A stretch of 64,000 nt of DNA from an uncultured Ignavibacteriota bacterium (GTDB lineage Bacteria; Bacteroidota; Ignavibacteria; Palsa-1295): the NCBI GenBank assembly GCA_903900335.1, contig CAIUMP010000030.1, positions 8,068-72,067 on the forward strand. Reading direction: 5' to 3'. Below, piece after piece: positions 37,710-48,802 of the stretch (the stretch's first letter is position 1; every line of letters starts with the position of its first letter). A model generated the notes under the pieces. The model searched no databases. It was not told where the DNA came from and worked only from the letters and a program-made list of their open reading frames with translations. The translations under genes and the position numbers were made by a program.

Positions 37710-38407
37710 TCGTTGTAGGTGTGGACGATCTCAACCACGGGCATCCCGAGATCATAGACTAGATCGGATTCAATGTAGATCGTGAAGAACGTCGTAAAGC
37801 CTTCGGTAGGCGGAGTGATAGTGTGTAGAATATGCTTCGCATTGTACACAATGCCTTGCACCTTCACATCCTCATCAGTTTGCAATTTACCCTGGTCGTA
37901 AATGTCCGTGCTAAAGTTGCCGACGAAGCGCCCGATATTGAAATAGGTGGACCAGTTCATACTCGCCGTTGACGAAGTAGGCCCAGCGTATTCAACCCAC
38001 CCTTCATCGGACAAGGGATAAGAGCCAAAATACACGGACCAAATCGGTTGTGCCCAATCCCATATACGTACCGCTCCATCGGCATCCTGATACATACGGC
38101 CAACGGTTGACTTCCGTGTCCGCGTCGAACTGTCACGATAGACTGTTACATTCGATATTCCCAAGTAGAATTGGTTGACTGCCGTAATGGTGCGAATAAT
38201 CGTATCATAGGCTGTGGGTAGCTCATTGTCAAAATTGGCGGATGAAGTGTCACGCTGGGTAACAGCATACGTCGCCGTAGCTCCACTCTTCCATTGCATC
38301 ACCGTTGGGGGAGCGGGGGTTGGCGATGTGCTTGACGAGTTCGAACATGAAGCAATCGCCAACGATGCGACGACAAGGAGAAAGAATAGAGAGTGAGATG
38401 AGTTCAT
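37652..38407 (-). CDS. Hypothetical lipoprotein.
   Basis: A signal peptide plus lipobox, MNSSHSLFFLLVVASLAIASCS, is followed by a Ser/Thr/Pro-rich linker. The likely start is ATG 38407; the track ORF starts at 38452. Confidence 0.45.
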   Translation of the reverse strand: MNSSHSLFFLLVVASLAIASCSNSSSTSPTPAPPTVMQWKSGATATYAVTQRDTSSANFDNELPTAYDTIIRTITAVNQFYLGISNVTVYRDSSTRTRKSTVGRMYQDADGAVRIWDWAQPIWSVYFGSYPLSDEGWVEYAGPTSSTASMNWSTYFNIGRFVGNFSTDIYDQGKLQTDEDVKVQGIVYNAKHILHTITPPTEGFTTFFTIYIESDLVYDLGMPVVEIVHTYNDWIQKGHYGTTARMISHSN

Positions 38408-38466
38408 CGTTGTATCTCGTTTGACCTCTGCAATACAGCACGAAGGCTGCACATGATGCTATGCTG

Positions 38467-38805
38467 TCAGCCTGGTGGCCACGCCATAGTTCGCCCACCG
38501 AGTAGGTGCATGTGAATATGAGCGACCGACTGACCAGCGTCCGGACCACAATTGATGATAAGCCGATAACCGCTTTCGGCAACACCCAGATCACTGGCGA
38601 TTTGTTTTGCAACGACGAACATCATCCCAAGCAGCGCTGCGTCGTCACTTTCCACATCGTTTACCGAAGCGATCGCCCGACGTGGAATGATGACGACGTG
38701 CTGTGGTGCCTGTGGATTTATATCACGAAAGGCAACGATCATATCATCCTCAAAGAGGATCGTTGCAGGTATCTCGTGATTTGCAATCTTTTCAAAGAGC
38801 GTCAT
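38467..38805 (-). CDS. HIT-family (histidine triad) nucleotide-binding protein, HinT-like.
   Basis: HIHMHLLGG is the HxHxHxx histidine triad. The product is 112 aa. Confidence 0.85.
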   Translation of the reverse strand: MTLFEKIANHEIPATILFEDDMIVAFRDINPQAPQHVVIIPRRAIASVNDVESDDAALLGMMFVVAKQIASDLGVAESGYRLIINCGPDAGQSVAHIHMHLLGGRTMAWPPG

Positions 38806-38809
38806 TGCA

Positions 38810-40465
38810 TTAATTCTTAATCGCCATTTCTACTGGATGACCCGCACGGAGCTTGCCGATTCCAAGCCGGTAGCTCGCCTCACCCTTCTCCACACTAATG
38901 CCGCCATCTTCCTGGAGCGACAGCACATATGGGCCGAACGACGGAGAAACCTTCGATCCCTTCGTCATTGATGCGAGCACGCGGACCGTCGAATCAAGAT
39001 AGCGGTCCGCTGAGCCGAGATTAACAGGAATCGCGGGCGTTGTTGATTTTACTCCTGGGTCGCTCGTCCGAACAAGTCCACCGCGTGGTTGGAACTCCGC
39101 AGGACGCTTGAGCAGATCGGGCTCGGTAAACAGATACAGGGGAGCTGTGCATGAATACGAGAAGATCCCTACAAGCGCTCGAGCAGAATTCTGCAGGAGC
39201 ATAGAATCAACCACGAATCGAATGCGAATGCTGTCCATGTGCTCATCTTCGAGGACTGTCTGGTGCTCCTGACGAACAAGCGTACGGGCCGATTTCAGCA
39301 CATCCTCTGCGGCCGCACTACCCGCACTTACGGAAAACATGTTTATGGATGCTGTCACGATCAGGGTGATAAGAGCACCGGTATAGATCAATCTATCCGC
39401 AGGCGTGCGGCGCACTGCAGGGCCACCGGAGTAAGAACCTGCGAGAATAAGCGTGATCGCAAAGATGCATCCGGATTCAGTTTCAAAACCCATTCCACCC
39501 AGTAACGGCCCGAGCATGGCGATCACCAATAGGGTGTAACCAGCCGTGCGCAACGCGCGTGATTGCCACGTCGCCTCTTCGATCGCCAACAGGTACGCGC
39601 GAGCGAAGCACGCAAGCAGAACGACACCAAAGAACGCAGCAATCAACCAATGTAAGACGTCGCCGTAGCGAAATGTTGCTTCCAGAATATTTGGTGCTGG
39701 AGTAAGAACGAAGAGCAGACGGCCAAGCCCGCTCGGCAGAAAACTGCTTGAAGAGAGGCGGAGTATGGGCTCGCCGGCTAATAGCCCGGTTAGGACTAAC
39801 ATAGCGCCAGGAAGCAGCAGGCCCATCACCGATCGCGGCTCACTCAGCCATCCTTGTGAAAGATGCACGGAGCGACGCTGCTCCGCAAGTATCAATAGCA
39901 CCACTACCACACACATGAGAAAGACCAACGCGCTACAGAGTGCTACCAGCATCAATCCGATGCTCAGTATCCAGTATGCCACACGGCGCGGATGATTCTG
40001 TGATACGAAGAACACCAGCACCCAAAGAGCGACGGTCTCGCCAAGCAGATAGGGAGTCGCTCCAGTAAACCAAATACCGCTAAGCGATAGAACCGGAATA
40101 AGAAAGTACACGGTCTCGTCACGCACACGCAGTGTGCGGAAGAGCATAACCATGGCAAATCCGCGCATGAATATCGCCCCGAATGTCAGCAGCAAACGCG
40201 TGACAACTTCCCCGGAAAAGAGGATCGTGAGAAAGCCGGAAAGCAATGGAGCCCCGATGTTTGCCGCAGGATATTGAATCAGCCGCCATGTGTCGGTCGC
40301 ATGACCGAAGAGATGCTGATGCACTAACTCCGCTTGCAGCGCCCACAACCCTGCATCAAGTGGAAGATACTTGAACAGGAATATCCACAACGCCTCCAAG
40401 AAGAGGATCGCGGTGATTACTGTGGTAGCGCGGCGTTCTTTTGCTCCGGTGGATTCGTCAAGCAT
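38810..40465 (-). CDS. Polytopic integral membrane protein (about 11 TM) with a C-terminal extracytoplasmic domain; possibly a GT-C-type glycosyltransferase.
   Basis: The 551-aa product has many hydrophobic helices and a ~180-aa soluble C-terminus. The family is not identified. Confidence 0.5.
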   Translation of the reverse strand: MLDESTGAKERRATTVITAILFLEALWIFLFKYLPLDAGLWALQAELVHQHLFGHATDTWRLIQYPAANIGAPLLSGFLTILFSGEVVTRLLLTFGAIFMRGFAMVMLFRTLRVRDETVYFLIPVLSLSGIWFTGATPYLLGETVALWVLVFFVSQNHPRRVAYWILSIGLMLVALCSALVFLMCVVVVLLILAEQRRSVHLSQGWLSEPRSVMGLLLPGAMLVLTGLLAGEPILRLSSSSFLPSGLGRLLFVLTPAPNILEATFRYGDVLHWLIAAFFGVVLLACFARAYLLAIEEATWQSRALRTAGYTLLVIAMLGPLLGGMGFETESGCIFAITLILAGSYSGGPAVRRTPADRLIYTGALITLIVTASINMFSVSAGSAAAEDVLKSARTLVRQEHQTVLEDEHMDSIRIRFVVDSMLLQNSARALVGIFSYSCTAPLYLFTEPDLLKRPAEFQPRGGLVRTSDPGVKSTTPAIPVNLGSADRYLDSTVRVLASMTKGSKVSPSFGPYVLSLQEDGGISVEKGEASYRLGIGKLRAGHPVEMAIKN

Positions 40466-40482
40466 TCGGGACGTGTGTTAAC

Positions 40483-42186
<1,704 letters not shown>

Positions 42187-42187
42187 T

Positions 42188-42916
42188 CTACAAATCTCCG
42201 CCGATTGGCCTGATAATAATTTCTTCGATGAGCGCCCGGCCGGGTTGCTGGAGCGCATGGACGATAGCGAGCGCGATGTCCTCTGGCTGCATCATCAGTT
42301 CGTGGTGTTTGGCGCGCTCGTCCGCGCCCCACAACTCCGTTTCGGTCGCGCCCGGAAGAACAGCAATCACGCGGACTCCGTGCGCCCGCGCTTCTTCCCG
42401 CAGCGAATTCGTAAAGCCGAGAGCCGCAAACTTACTCGCCACATACGCCGCGCCGTTCCGGTACGCCTTGATGCTGGCCACGGAAAGTATCTGCACGATG
42501 GCCCCTTCGCCACGCTCGAACATGGCCGGCAGCACCTCGCGCGAGGTGAGGAACACGCCTCGGGTGTTCGTTGCGATCACGCTATCGAACTCCTCCAGGG
42601 TCGTCTCTGAAAAGGTGCTCCACGGCGAGACGCCCGCGCTGTTGATGAGCAGATGCGGTGCGACACCGAACTCCTGCACAATGAGCTCGTACGCTCCCTT
42701 CACGCTCTCCTCGCTAGTGATGTCACACACAATGGCCTTCGCATTGCAGCCGGTGGCCACTATACGCGCAACCGCCGCGCTCAGTTCGGCTTCATTTCTG
42801 CTACTAAGTGCGAGGCGATAACCCTCTCGGGCAAGCGCCAAAGCACACGCAAAGCCAATGCCGCGAGAGCCGCCGAGTATCCATGCAATGCGTGCTGTGT
42901 TGTTCATGCGGTGCAA
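42188..42916 (-). CDS. SDR-family short-chain dehydrogenase/reductase.
   Basis: It has the cofactor loop [15 protein letters not shown], and the catalytic Y-x3-K (YVASK). Confidence 0.8.
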   Translation of the reverse strand: MHRMNNTARIAWILGGSRGIGFACALALAREGYRLALSSRNEAELSAAVARIVATGCNAKAIVCDITSEESVKGAYELIVQEFGVAPHLLINSAGVSPWSTFSETTLEEFDSVIATNTRGVFLTSREVLPAMFERGEGAIVQILSVASIKAYRNGAAYVASKFAALGFTNSLREEARAHGVRVIAVLPGATETELWGADERAKHHELMMQPEDIALAIVHALQQPGRALIEEIIIRPIGGDL

Positions 42917-43053
42917 ATCTACGAAGAAACGGGGGAAGTCTTGCGCTTCAGACTTTCACGCGCGAGACTTAACCTGAATCCAGCGCCAGAACGCGAACGA
43001 TCCCCGAGTGCCCTCGGGGATCGTTCGCTAGATTGAATTTGCTACTTGGACGG

Positions 43054-45279
43054 TTATCTAACGACAGCCAGTTGGCGGGTTAGTTGTTTGCCGTCGGTCG
43101 TCAGGGCACAGAAGTAGGTGCCGTTGGCGAGTCCGTTGGCATCGAGCGTATAGACATGCTCGCCGCCTGAAAGCGCTTCGTTAACGATCGTCTTCACAAT
43201 ATTTCCCTGCTCGTCCAGCAGTTCCAGACGGGTGAGTGACTCGCTCGGCAGCACAAAGCTAATGGTGCTTATACCGCTAAACGGATTCGGGTAATTTTGT
43301 GCGAGTGTAAGCGCCGTGTTGGTTGTGCCGCTCGCTGCAACGCCTGCTGTCGGCGCCATACTGCCTGTCAGCACATAGGAGAATCCCTTGAGTGGGGTTG
43401 GTGCGGAGCTCGGGAATGTGAGTGTTGCCGTCTCCTGATTCATCGAGGTCGGCGTGAACTGCATCGCGATAGAACCTGTGCCGCCAGCCGGAATAACCAC
43501 TGGATCCATTGGCGTCGTGACCATAAAGTCCGCGGCGTTCGCACCAGTGATGACCGGCGTGCCGGGTGTCCAATCCATGTTGCCGTTGTTGGTGATGGTC
43601 ACAAGGAAGTTCTGCGGATTCTCCGCTGCGAGTATGGCTGGCCCGCCTGCGGCTGTCAGAGAAACGCCACCGCCCGTTCCGAGGAGCTGCACCGTCATCG
43701 GTGTCACACCCTCGCCGCCAGTGATCGTCAGCATCGCACCGGACTGCGTGAAGTCGGTTGGCGTAAAAGCGATGGTGAACGATGCTGTCTGTCCTGGCTG
43801 CACGAGTGTGCTGGTCGTTGCACCGCTGATAGCATAGGCGGTCGAGTTGCCCGTGAGCTTCGCGGTGTAGAACGTCGCCACATCACCGCAATTGGTGATC
43901 GTGACCGTTTGCTTGTCGCTTGTTCCGACCAACGTCTTCGTTTGATCGAATAGGACGGTCACGGATGGCGTCGCACATGCAGTCAAACCCACACCCGTGA
44001 TCGTGACCGGGGCCGATTGATCCACAAAGCCCGCCGAGAGCGTTGTGAAGCTCACATTAACAGAGCGCGCTGCACCGGTTGAAGGTGTGAAGCATATATT
44101 GATGAGGCGGAATGAATTCGGTGCGATCGTCACGGGAAGTGAGCCATCGCCAATCGCAAAGTCGCTGCCGCCAACGCCTGAGAAGGTTGCGCCTGTCACG
44201 GTCACATCAGCCAAGCCGGTATTCCAAAGTGTATCCACCGTGCAATTCGTCATACCGACGATGGCGGTGTCGGGCAGAGTCTGCGTTGCGTTAATCGTGC
44301 CGACCAGGATACCGATTCCATCAAGCCCGACGGAGACCGATTGCGGTGCATCCGCGTCCGTATTGAAAGAAAGTGTTTCGCTGCTCAGGCCGCCTTCCGT
44401 GGGCTTGAAATAGACAGTGATCGAGTCAACCGTTGGGTTGGCGATCGTACCGGGTGCAAGTGAGGATGCCGCGTACTGCATCGAGAAATCACCGCCTGTA
44501 ACCTGCACGTTCGTCAAGTGGATTGTTGTTGGATTCGGATTAGAAACAACGATGCTCAGGGTACCCGACTTCTTACCCACCACTACCTGACCGAAATCCA
44601 ACGGCATTGTCGGCGTGATGCCGATGATGTTTGTGTGCGTACCGGATATCACCACATTATCAATGGCGGCGTTTCCACCGACATGCGTCGTCGCGGCTTG
44701 CCAGCCGACCTGCAGCTCGTTCGTGCAGTATCCCTGGGGGATGGCAATGTGGTAGTGTCTCCATGCGCCAGGATCGGAAGGGAGTGTCGTCAGCGCGGTG
44801 TAAGATGGGTTGCTGTAAGTGTAGTCTGTTGTGGTATATAGATTCAACACTTGTTGGCTACCATTGGAGTTGACCAAATAGACAAGGAAGTTGTTGTCAG
44901 CGACGGAGCCGGAATCTCTGTTGGTGAAATTGTACTCCCAGAAGAAGTCGAAGTCCACAAATGCACTGTCGTTGGAATAACCCCACTCACCAGCGTTCAA
45001 CGCAGGCGTCAGCATCATGCCGATGGAGCCATTGATCATGTCACAGACAGCCGCGCCGTTCGAACCATTTAGGCCGGTTGAGGAATAATACCAGCCGGTG
45101 CCGCTAGTCCAATCGTCGTGACTTGAATCCACCCACGAAGCGGGCGGGAAGGTTGTGCTGGAGAAATCCTGATTAACAAGAGTATCTGTGGTCGCAGCAT
45201 TGCCTTGGGAGGCAATGCCGAAATAGAGTGTGAGCGCAAGCGCTGTGGTTCGCGCAATACTTTGTATGCGTGTATTCAT
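43054..45279 (-). CDS. T9SS-sorted multi-Ig/ASH-like repeat protein with an N-terminal MAM-like domain (paralogue of 29969-32932).
   Basis: A signal peptide is followed by QDFSSTTFPPASW...GNAAIDNVVISG. Repeats carry TNCG motifs. The C-terminus is LAQNYPNPFSGISTISFVL...GTYFCALTTDGKQLTRQLAVVR. Confidence 0.8.
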   Translation of the reverse strand: MNTRIQSIARTTALALTLYFGIASQGNAATTDTLVNQDFSSTTFPPASWVDSSHDDWTSGTGWYYSSTGLNGSNGAAVCDMINGSIGMMLTPALNAGEWGYSNDSAFVDFDFFWEYNFTNRDSGSVADNNFLVYLVNSNGSQQVLNLYTTTDYTYSNPSYTALTTLPSDPGAWRHYHIAIPQGYCTNELQVGWQAATTHVGGNAAIDNVVISGTHTNIIGITPTMPLDFGQVVVGKKSGTLSIVVSNPNPTTIHLTNVQVTGGDFSMQYAASSLAPGTIANPTVDSITVYFKPTEGGLSSETLSFNTDADAPQSVSVGLDGIGILVGTINATQTLPDTAIVGMTNCTVDTLWNTGLADVTVTGATFSGVGGSDFAIGDGSLPVTIAPNSFRLINICFTPSTGAARSVNVSFTTLSAGFVDQSAPVTITGVGLTACATPSVTVLFDQTKTLVGTSDKQTVTITNCGDVATFYTAKLTGNSTAYAISGATTSTLVQPGQTASFTIAFTPTDFTQSGAMLTITGGEGVTPMTVQLLGTGGGVSLTAAGGPAILAAENPQNFLVTITNNGNMDWTPGTPVITGANAADFMVTTPMDPVVIPAGGTGSIAMQFTPTSMNQETATLTFPSSAPTPLKGFSYVLTGSMAPTAGVAASGTTNTALTLAQNYPNPFSGISTISFVLPSESLTRLELLDEQGNIVKTIVNEALSGGEHVYTLDANGLANGTYFCALTTDGKQLTRQLAVVR

Positions 45280-45641
45280 AAGAACGTATGTTTAGACCGA
45301 GTGGAAACCGACAACAAATGTTGCCTTTCACGGCGCTTGACGGCGACCGTTTGCGTGATGCCCTTTTGAGCGAACCGACGGTGAAAAGTTTAATGGCACT
45401 GTGGATAAGCTCTCATCCTAACTGGCCCTCACCTTATCGGCTGTTGATAAAACACCTTAGGGAGGCAGACATAACAAGAAAAATGCGGAAGCCCAAAAAG
45501 CCCCCATTTAAGGCGAAAATACGCTATGGAACAGCACGAGCGCTTCCAGCTGTCACTAACGCCGACCTGTTCGTGTTTTCCGATCTCCACTGGATCTTAT
45601 TGAAACTCTGCAAGACACAACTACAAACTCACACTCCATAC

Positions 45642-46958
45642 ATGATCCCACGTTACACACGCCCGGAGATGGGCGCCATTTGGGCCGATGAAAACCGCTA
45701 CCGTATCTGGCTAGAACTGGAACTCCTTGCCACAGCGAAACAAGAAGAGCTGGGAATAATCCCTGCTGGCACTGTCGATGGCATTCGCGCAAAGGCCAAT
45801 TTCACCGTGGAGCGTATCGATGAGATCGAGCGAGAGACGAAGCACGACGTCATCGCCTTCCTCACCAACGTGGCGGAGTATGTCGGCCCGGACTCCCGCT
45901 TTCTGCATCTCGGAATGACCTCTAGCGACGTGGTGGATACCTCGTTCTCCGTGCAGTGTATGCAGTCAGGGAAGTTACTTGTAGCTGGTATTGAACGACT
46001 GATCGAGGCAATTGGCATTCGAGCGAAGGAGTTCAAGCACACACCTATCATGGGGCGTACGCATGGCATTCATGCTGAGCCAACAACCTTTGGCCTGAAG
46101 CTCGCCGTTTTCTATGCTGAGATGAATCGCTGCAAGGAGCGCATGGAGCGCGCGGTGAAGACGATCTCCGTCGGCAAGATCTCTGGTGCAGTGGGAACAT
46201 TCGAGCATCTCGATCCGAGTGTGGAGGAATACGTGTGTGAACATCTCGGCCTCACTCCCGCGCCAATCTCCACGCAGATCATCCAGCGTGATCGCCACGC
46301 GGAGTTCTTTACGGCCATTGCGCTTGTAGGTGCAAGCTTGGAGAAGTTGGCGGTGGAGCTCCGCCATTTGCAGCGCACCGAAGTTCGGGAGGTCGAGGAG
46401 TATTTCTCGAAGGGGCAAAAAGGATCTAGCGCTATGCCGCACAAACGTAACCCGATCACGCTGGAACGCGTCACTGGGCTGGCGCGCCTACTTCGCGGCT
46501 ATGCAACAACTGCAATGGAGAACGTAGCGCTTTGGCACGAGCGAGACATCTCGCATTCATCCACCGAGCGTATCATCGGTCCCGATGCCACGATCGCGCT
46601 CGACTATATGCTCGAACTTATGACGAAGACCGTCAGCACGATGTTCGTCTACCCGGAGGCGATGCAGCGCAATCTCAATCTCACGCGCGGCCTCGTTTTC
46701 AGTCAACCGGTGCTGCTGCTGCTCGCCAAAAGTGGACTTACTCGCGAGGACTCCTACAAGATAGTCCAGCGCAATGCGATGCAAGTCTGGGAGCATGCGG
46801 CCAGCGGCAGTCACCCAGAGATCACCTTCCGCGGGCTGATCGAGAACGACCCCGACATTAAGGGACGCCTAACAAACGCCGAGTTGGATGCTGCGTTCAA
46901 TCCTGCTGCCGCAACGAAACATATCGAGAGGATCTTCGAGCGGGTTGGGTTAGCTTGA
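45642..46958 (+). CDS. purB: Adenylosuccinate lyase.
   Basis: The fumarate-lyase signature GSSAMPHKRNP is present. The conserved N-terminus is MIPRYTRPEMGAIW, so ATG 45642 is the start. The track ORF from 45288 is an upstream extension. Confidence 0.9.
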   Translation: MIPRYTRPEMGAIWADENRYRIWLELELLATAKQEELGIIPAGTVDGIRAKANFTVERIDEIERETKHDVIAFLTNVAEYVGPDSRFLHLGMTSSDVVDTSFSVQCMQSGKLLVAGIERLIEAIGIRAKEFKHTPIMGRTHGIHAEPTTFGLKLAVFYAEMNRCKERMERAVKTISVGKISGAVGTFEHLDPSVEEYVCEHLGLTPAPISTQIIQRDRHAEFFTAIALVGASLEKLAVELRHLQRTEVREVEEYFSKGQKGSSAMPHKRNPITLERVTGLARLLRGYATTAMENVALWHERDISHSSTERIIGPDATIALDYMLELMTKTVSTMFVYPEAMQRNLNLTRGLVFSQPVLLLLAKSGLTREDSYKIVQRNAMQVWEHAASGSHPEITFRGLIENDPDIKGRLTNAELDAAFNPAAATKHIERIFERVGLA

Positions 46959-47054
46959 TATGCGAGACGGACAATGGCCCGCGACACTCGCCTCCGGACC
47001 CGCACTAATTTCTACGTTCGCGGTTGTGAGGAATCTCCAATTCCCGAATGAAGA

Positions 47055-47094
47055 AATCCGCTGACGAAGAGCACGAGCTATTCGTCAGCGGATT
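47055..47094. terminator. Strong hairpin in the convergent purB/phosphoesterase intergenic region (candidate bidirectional terminator).
   Basis: A 14-bp perfect stem AATCCGCTGACGAA/TTCGTCAGCGGATT with a 12-nt loop. A second hairpin, GCTATTTC-TGCGCTC-GAAATAGC, lies at 47111-47133. Confidence 0.5.
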
Positions 47095-47151
47095 GGTTCA
47101 AGCTGCTATTTCTGCGCTCGAAATAGCCCGAGATATGAGGTAGGCTGCTTC

Positions 47152-48561
47152 TTAGAACTGCAAAGCGTTCTGGAAGTAATTTGCGTTGGCGTCGCGGCTG
47201 CCGAGTGGTGTGAGGCCCCAACGATGCTCGATGAGCGAGAGGATAGAGACCGTCTCATACAGTGTGTGATCGACATATCCCGTCTTGGCAAAGGGTGATA
47301 TCACGATACCTGGAACACGAATGCCCGGGCCCCACTTGTCAATGATTGGCGGCGGCACGTGATCCCAGAAGCCGCCATGCTCATCATACGTGATGATGAC
47401 TACACAATCCTTCCAAATGGCACTGGCCTTGATCTGGCCGATCAGGTTAACGAGGTATTGTTCTCCGGTTAGCAGGTCGGCATATCCAGGGTGCTCATTG
47501 TCCGCACCGAATGGCTTGAGGAAGGAGACAGCTGGCAGATTACCGCTTGTCAGTCCTGCGATAAAGTCTGTCTCATCTTTTAGTCGCAGCTTCTTGAGAG
47601 AGGATGTGTCCGCGCCATACTTGGCAAAATAGTTGAACGGCTGATGGTGAAATTGGAAGAGGCTGGTATCACCCGCTCCCGCCAGCATCTTGTTCCATCC
47701 GCCTGAATACCATGCCCAGGAAACACCGGCAGCATCCATACGGTCACCGATAGTTGTCATTGTCTGCTGCGGGCAGAGGTTCGCGGCTGGGCTCGCACGA
47801 TGCGGGGTGTTCACCGTTTGCAGGGTGTTGATCCCATAGCCATCGGGGCTCACAGCCCCGTCCGTGATACTACCGTCAGCGTTTATGCCTTTTGCTGTAA
47901 TTCCTGCTGGTGAATTCGGAAAGGTCGGCGCGTTGCAGGCAATCATGTAAATGTGATTAAGGAAGGAGCCGCCGAACGCGCTATGAAAGAGATTGTCGCA
48001 CAGCGTGTATTGCTGCACGATCGGATACATCGGGAGCGTGGCAGTGTGATAGTAGCCCATTGAAAGGCCCTTAGCATCGGAGTACACCGCGAATTTATCC
48101 ATCTTGCCGCCGTCGATCTGTTGCTGCTCTTGATAGTACCTGTGCACGAGATCGACCGTCTTGACATTCTCCATCGCATACTGGTCAATGTTGAACGGGC
48201 CATTGCCGTTTATTGGGCTGGGGAAAAGCTTTGTGGTAACATCGCCGGGAGGTGCAGGAAGGTTCGTGTAGGGCTGCTTCGTGGCGGTGTCAATCTGGAT
48301 CTCTTCACCGGCGGTGGCATTAGCGATACCGTTAGCTCCGGGATACTCTCCATAGAGATTGTCGAAGCTATGGTTCTCCATGTAGACGACGATCACGTGA
48401 TTGATCTTCTTGAGTCCTGTCACGGTGGTGTCAACTTTGGTCGTGGTCGTGTCCGTGGCGGCCTTACATCCTGTCAGAAACGATGCAGAGGATACCATGA
48501 GACACGCCGAAAGCACAATTGCTGCGGGCGAGAACGGGTTGGAGCGAGGTCGTGAAAACAT
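47152..48561 (-). CDS. Phosphoesterase family protein (phospholipase C/acid phosphatase AcpA-like, PF04185).
   Basis: INHVIVVYMENHSFDNLYGEYPG is the family signature. The likely start is MFSRPRS...LSACLMVSSASFLTGC (lipoprotein signal) at ATG 48561. Confidence 0.75.
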   Translation of the reverse strand: MFSRPRSNPFSPAAIVLSACLMVSSASFLTGCKAATDTTTTKVDTTVTGLKKINHVIVVYMENHSFDNLYGEYPGANGIANATAGEEIQIDTATKQPYTNLPAPPGDVTTKLFPSPINGNGPFNIDQYAMENVKTVDLVHRYYQEQQQIDGGKMDKFAVYSDAKGLSMGYYHTATLPMYPIVQQYTLCDNLFHSAFGGSFLNHIYMIACNAPTFPNSPAGITAKGINADGSITDGAVSPDGYGINTLQTVNTPHRASPAANLCPQQTMTTIGDRMDAAGVSWAWYSGGWNKMLAGAGDTSLFQFHHQPFNYFAKYGADTSSLKKLRLKDETDFIAGLTSGNLPAVSFLKPFGADNEHPGYADLLTGEQYLVNLIGQIKASAIWKDCVVIITYDEHGGFWDHVPPPIIDKWGPGIRVPGIVISPFAKTGYVDHTLYETVSILSLIEHRWGLTPLGSRDANANYFQNALQF

Positions 48562-48735
48562 GTACGTGTGAGCGTTGAATATTTGCAGGGTAGTTTCTGA
48601 AGCACGGCGGGCCAATTAACCCGATGCCTCTTTGATCGCTGCAAAAATGCCCTCTTCACATCACGGGATGTTTTCGCTACTGTTAGCTACTGGTCAATGC
48701 TGGATTATCAGAGCGTTAGGGAAGAAATGAATAAT

Positions 48736-48769
48736 GGGCTGCAAGAACGCATTCACGTTCTTGCAGCCC
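48736..48769 (-). terminator. Rho-independent terminator after the 4073-aa gene.
   Basis: A 14-bp perfect stem GGGCTGCAAGAACG/CGTTCTTGCAGCCC with a 6-nt loop is followed on the minus strand by AUUAUUCAUUUCUUC. Confidence 0.65.
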
Positions 48770-48802
48770 ACATTCACTAGGCTTGGGGGCTTTGCCTTGA
48801 CT

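Noticed and set aside
42188-42258. Apparent 70-bp overlap of hutU with the upstream SDR gene.
   Set aside because: This is an artefact of taking the longest ORF. An in-frame GTG immediately after the SDR stop codon gives a HutU N-terminus matching the family.
45288-45641. An upstream 118-codon extension of purB in the ORF track.
   Set aside because: The conserved PurB N-terminus starts at MIPRYTRPE (ATG 45642). The extension is unconserved leader sequence in a divergent promoter region.
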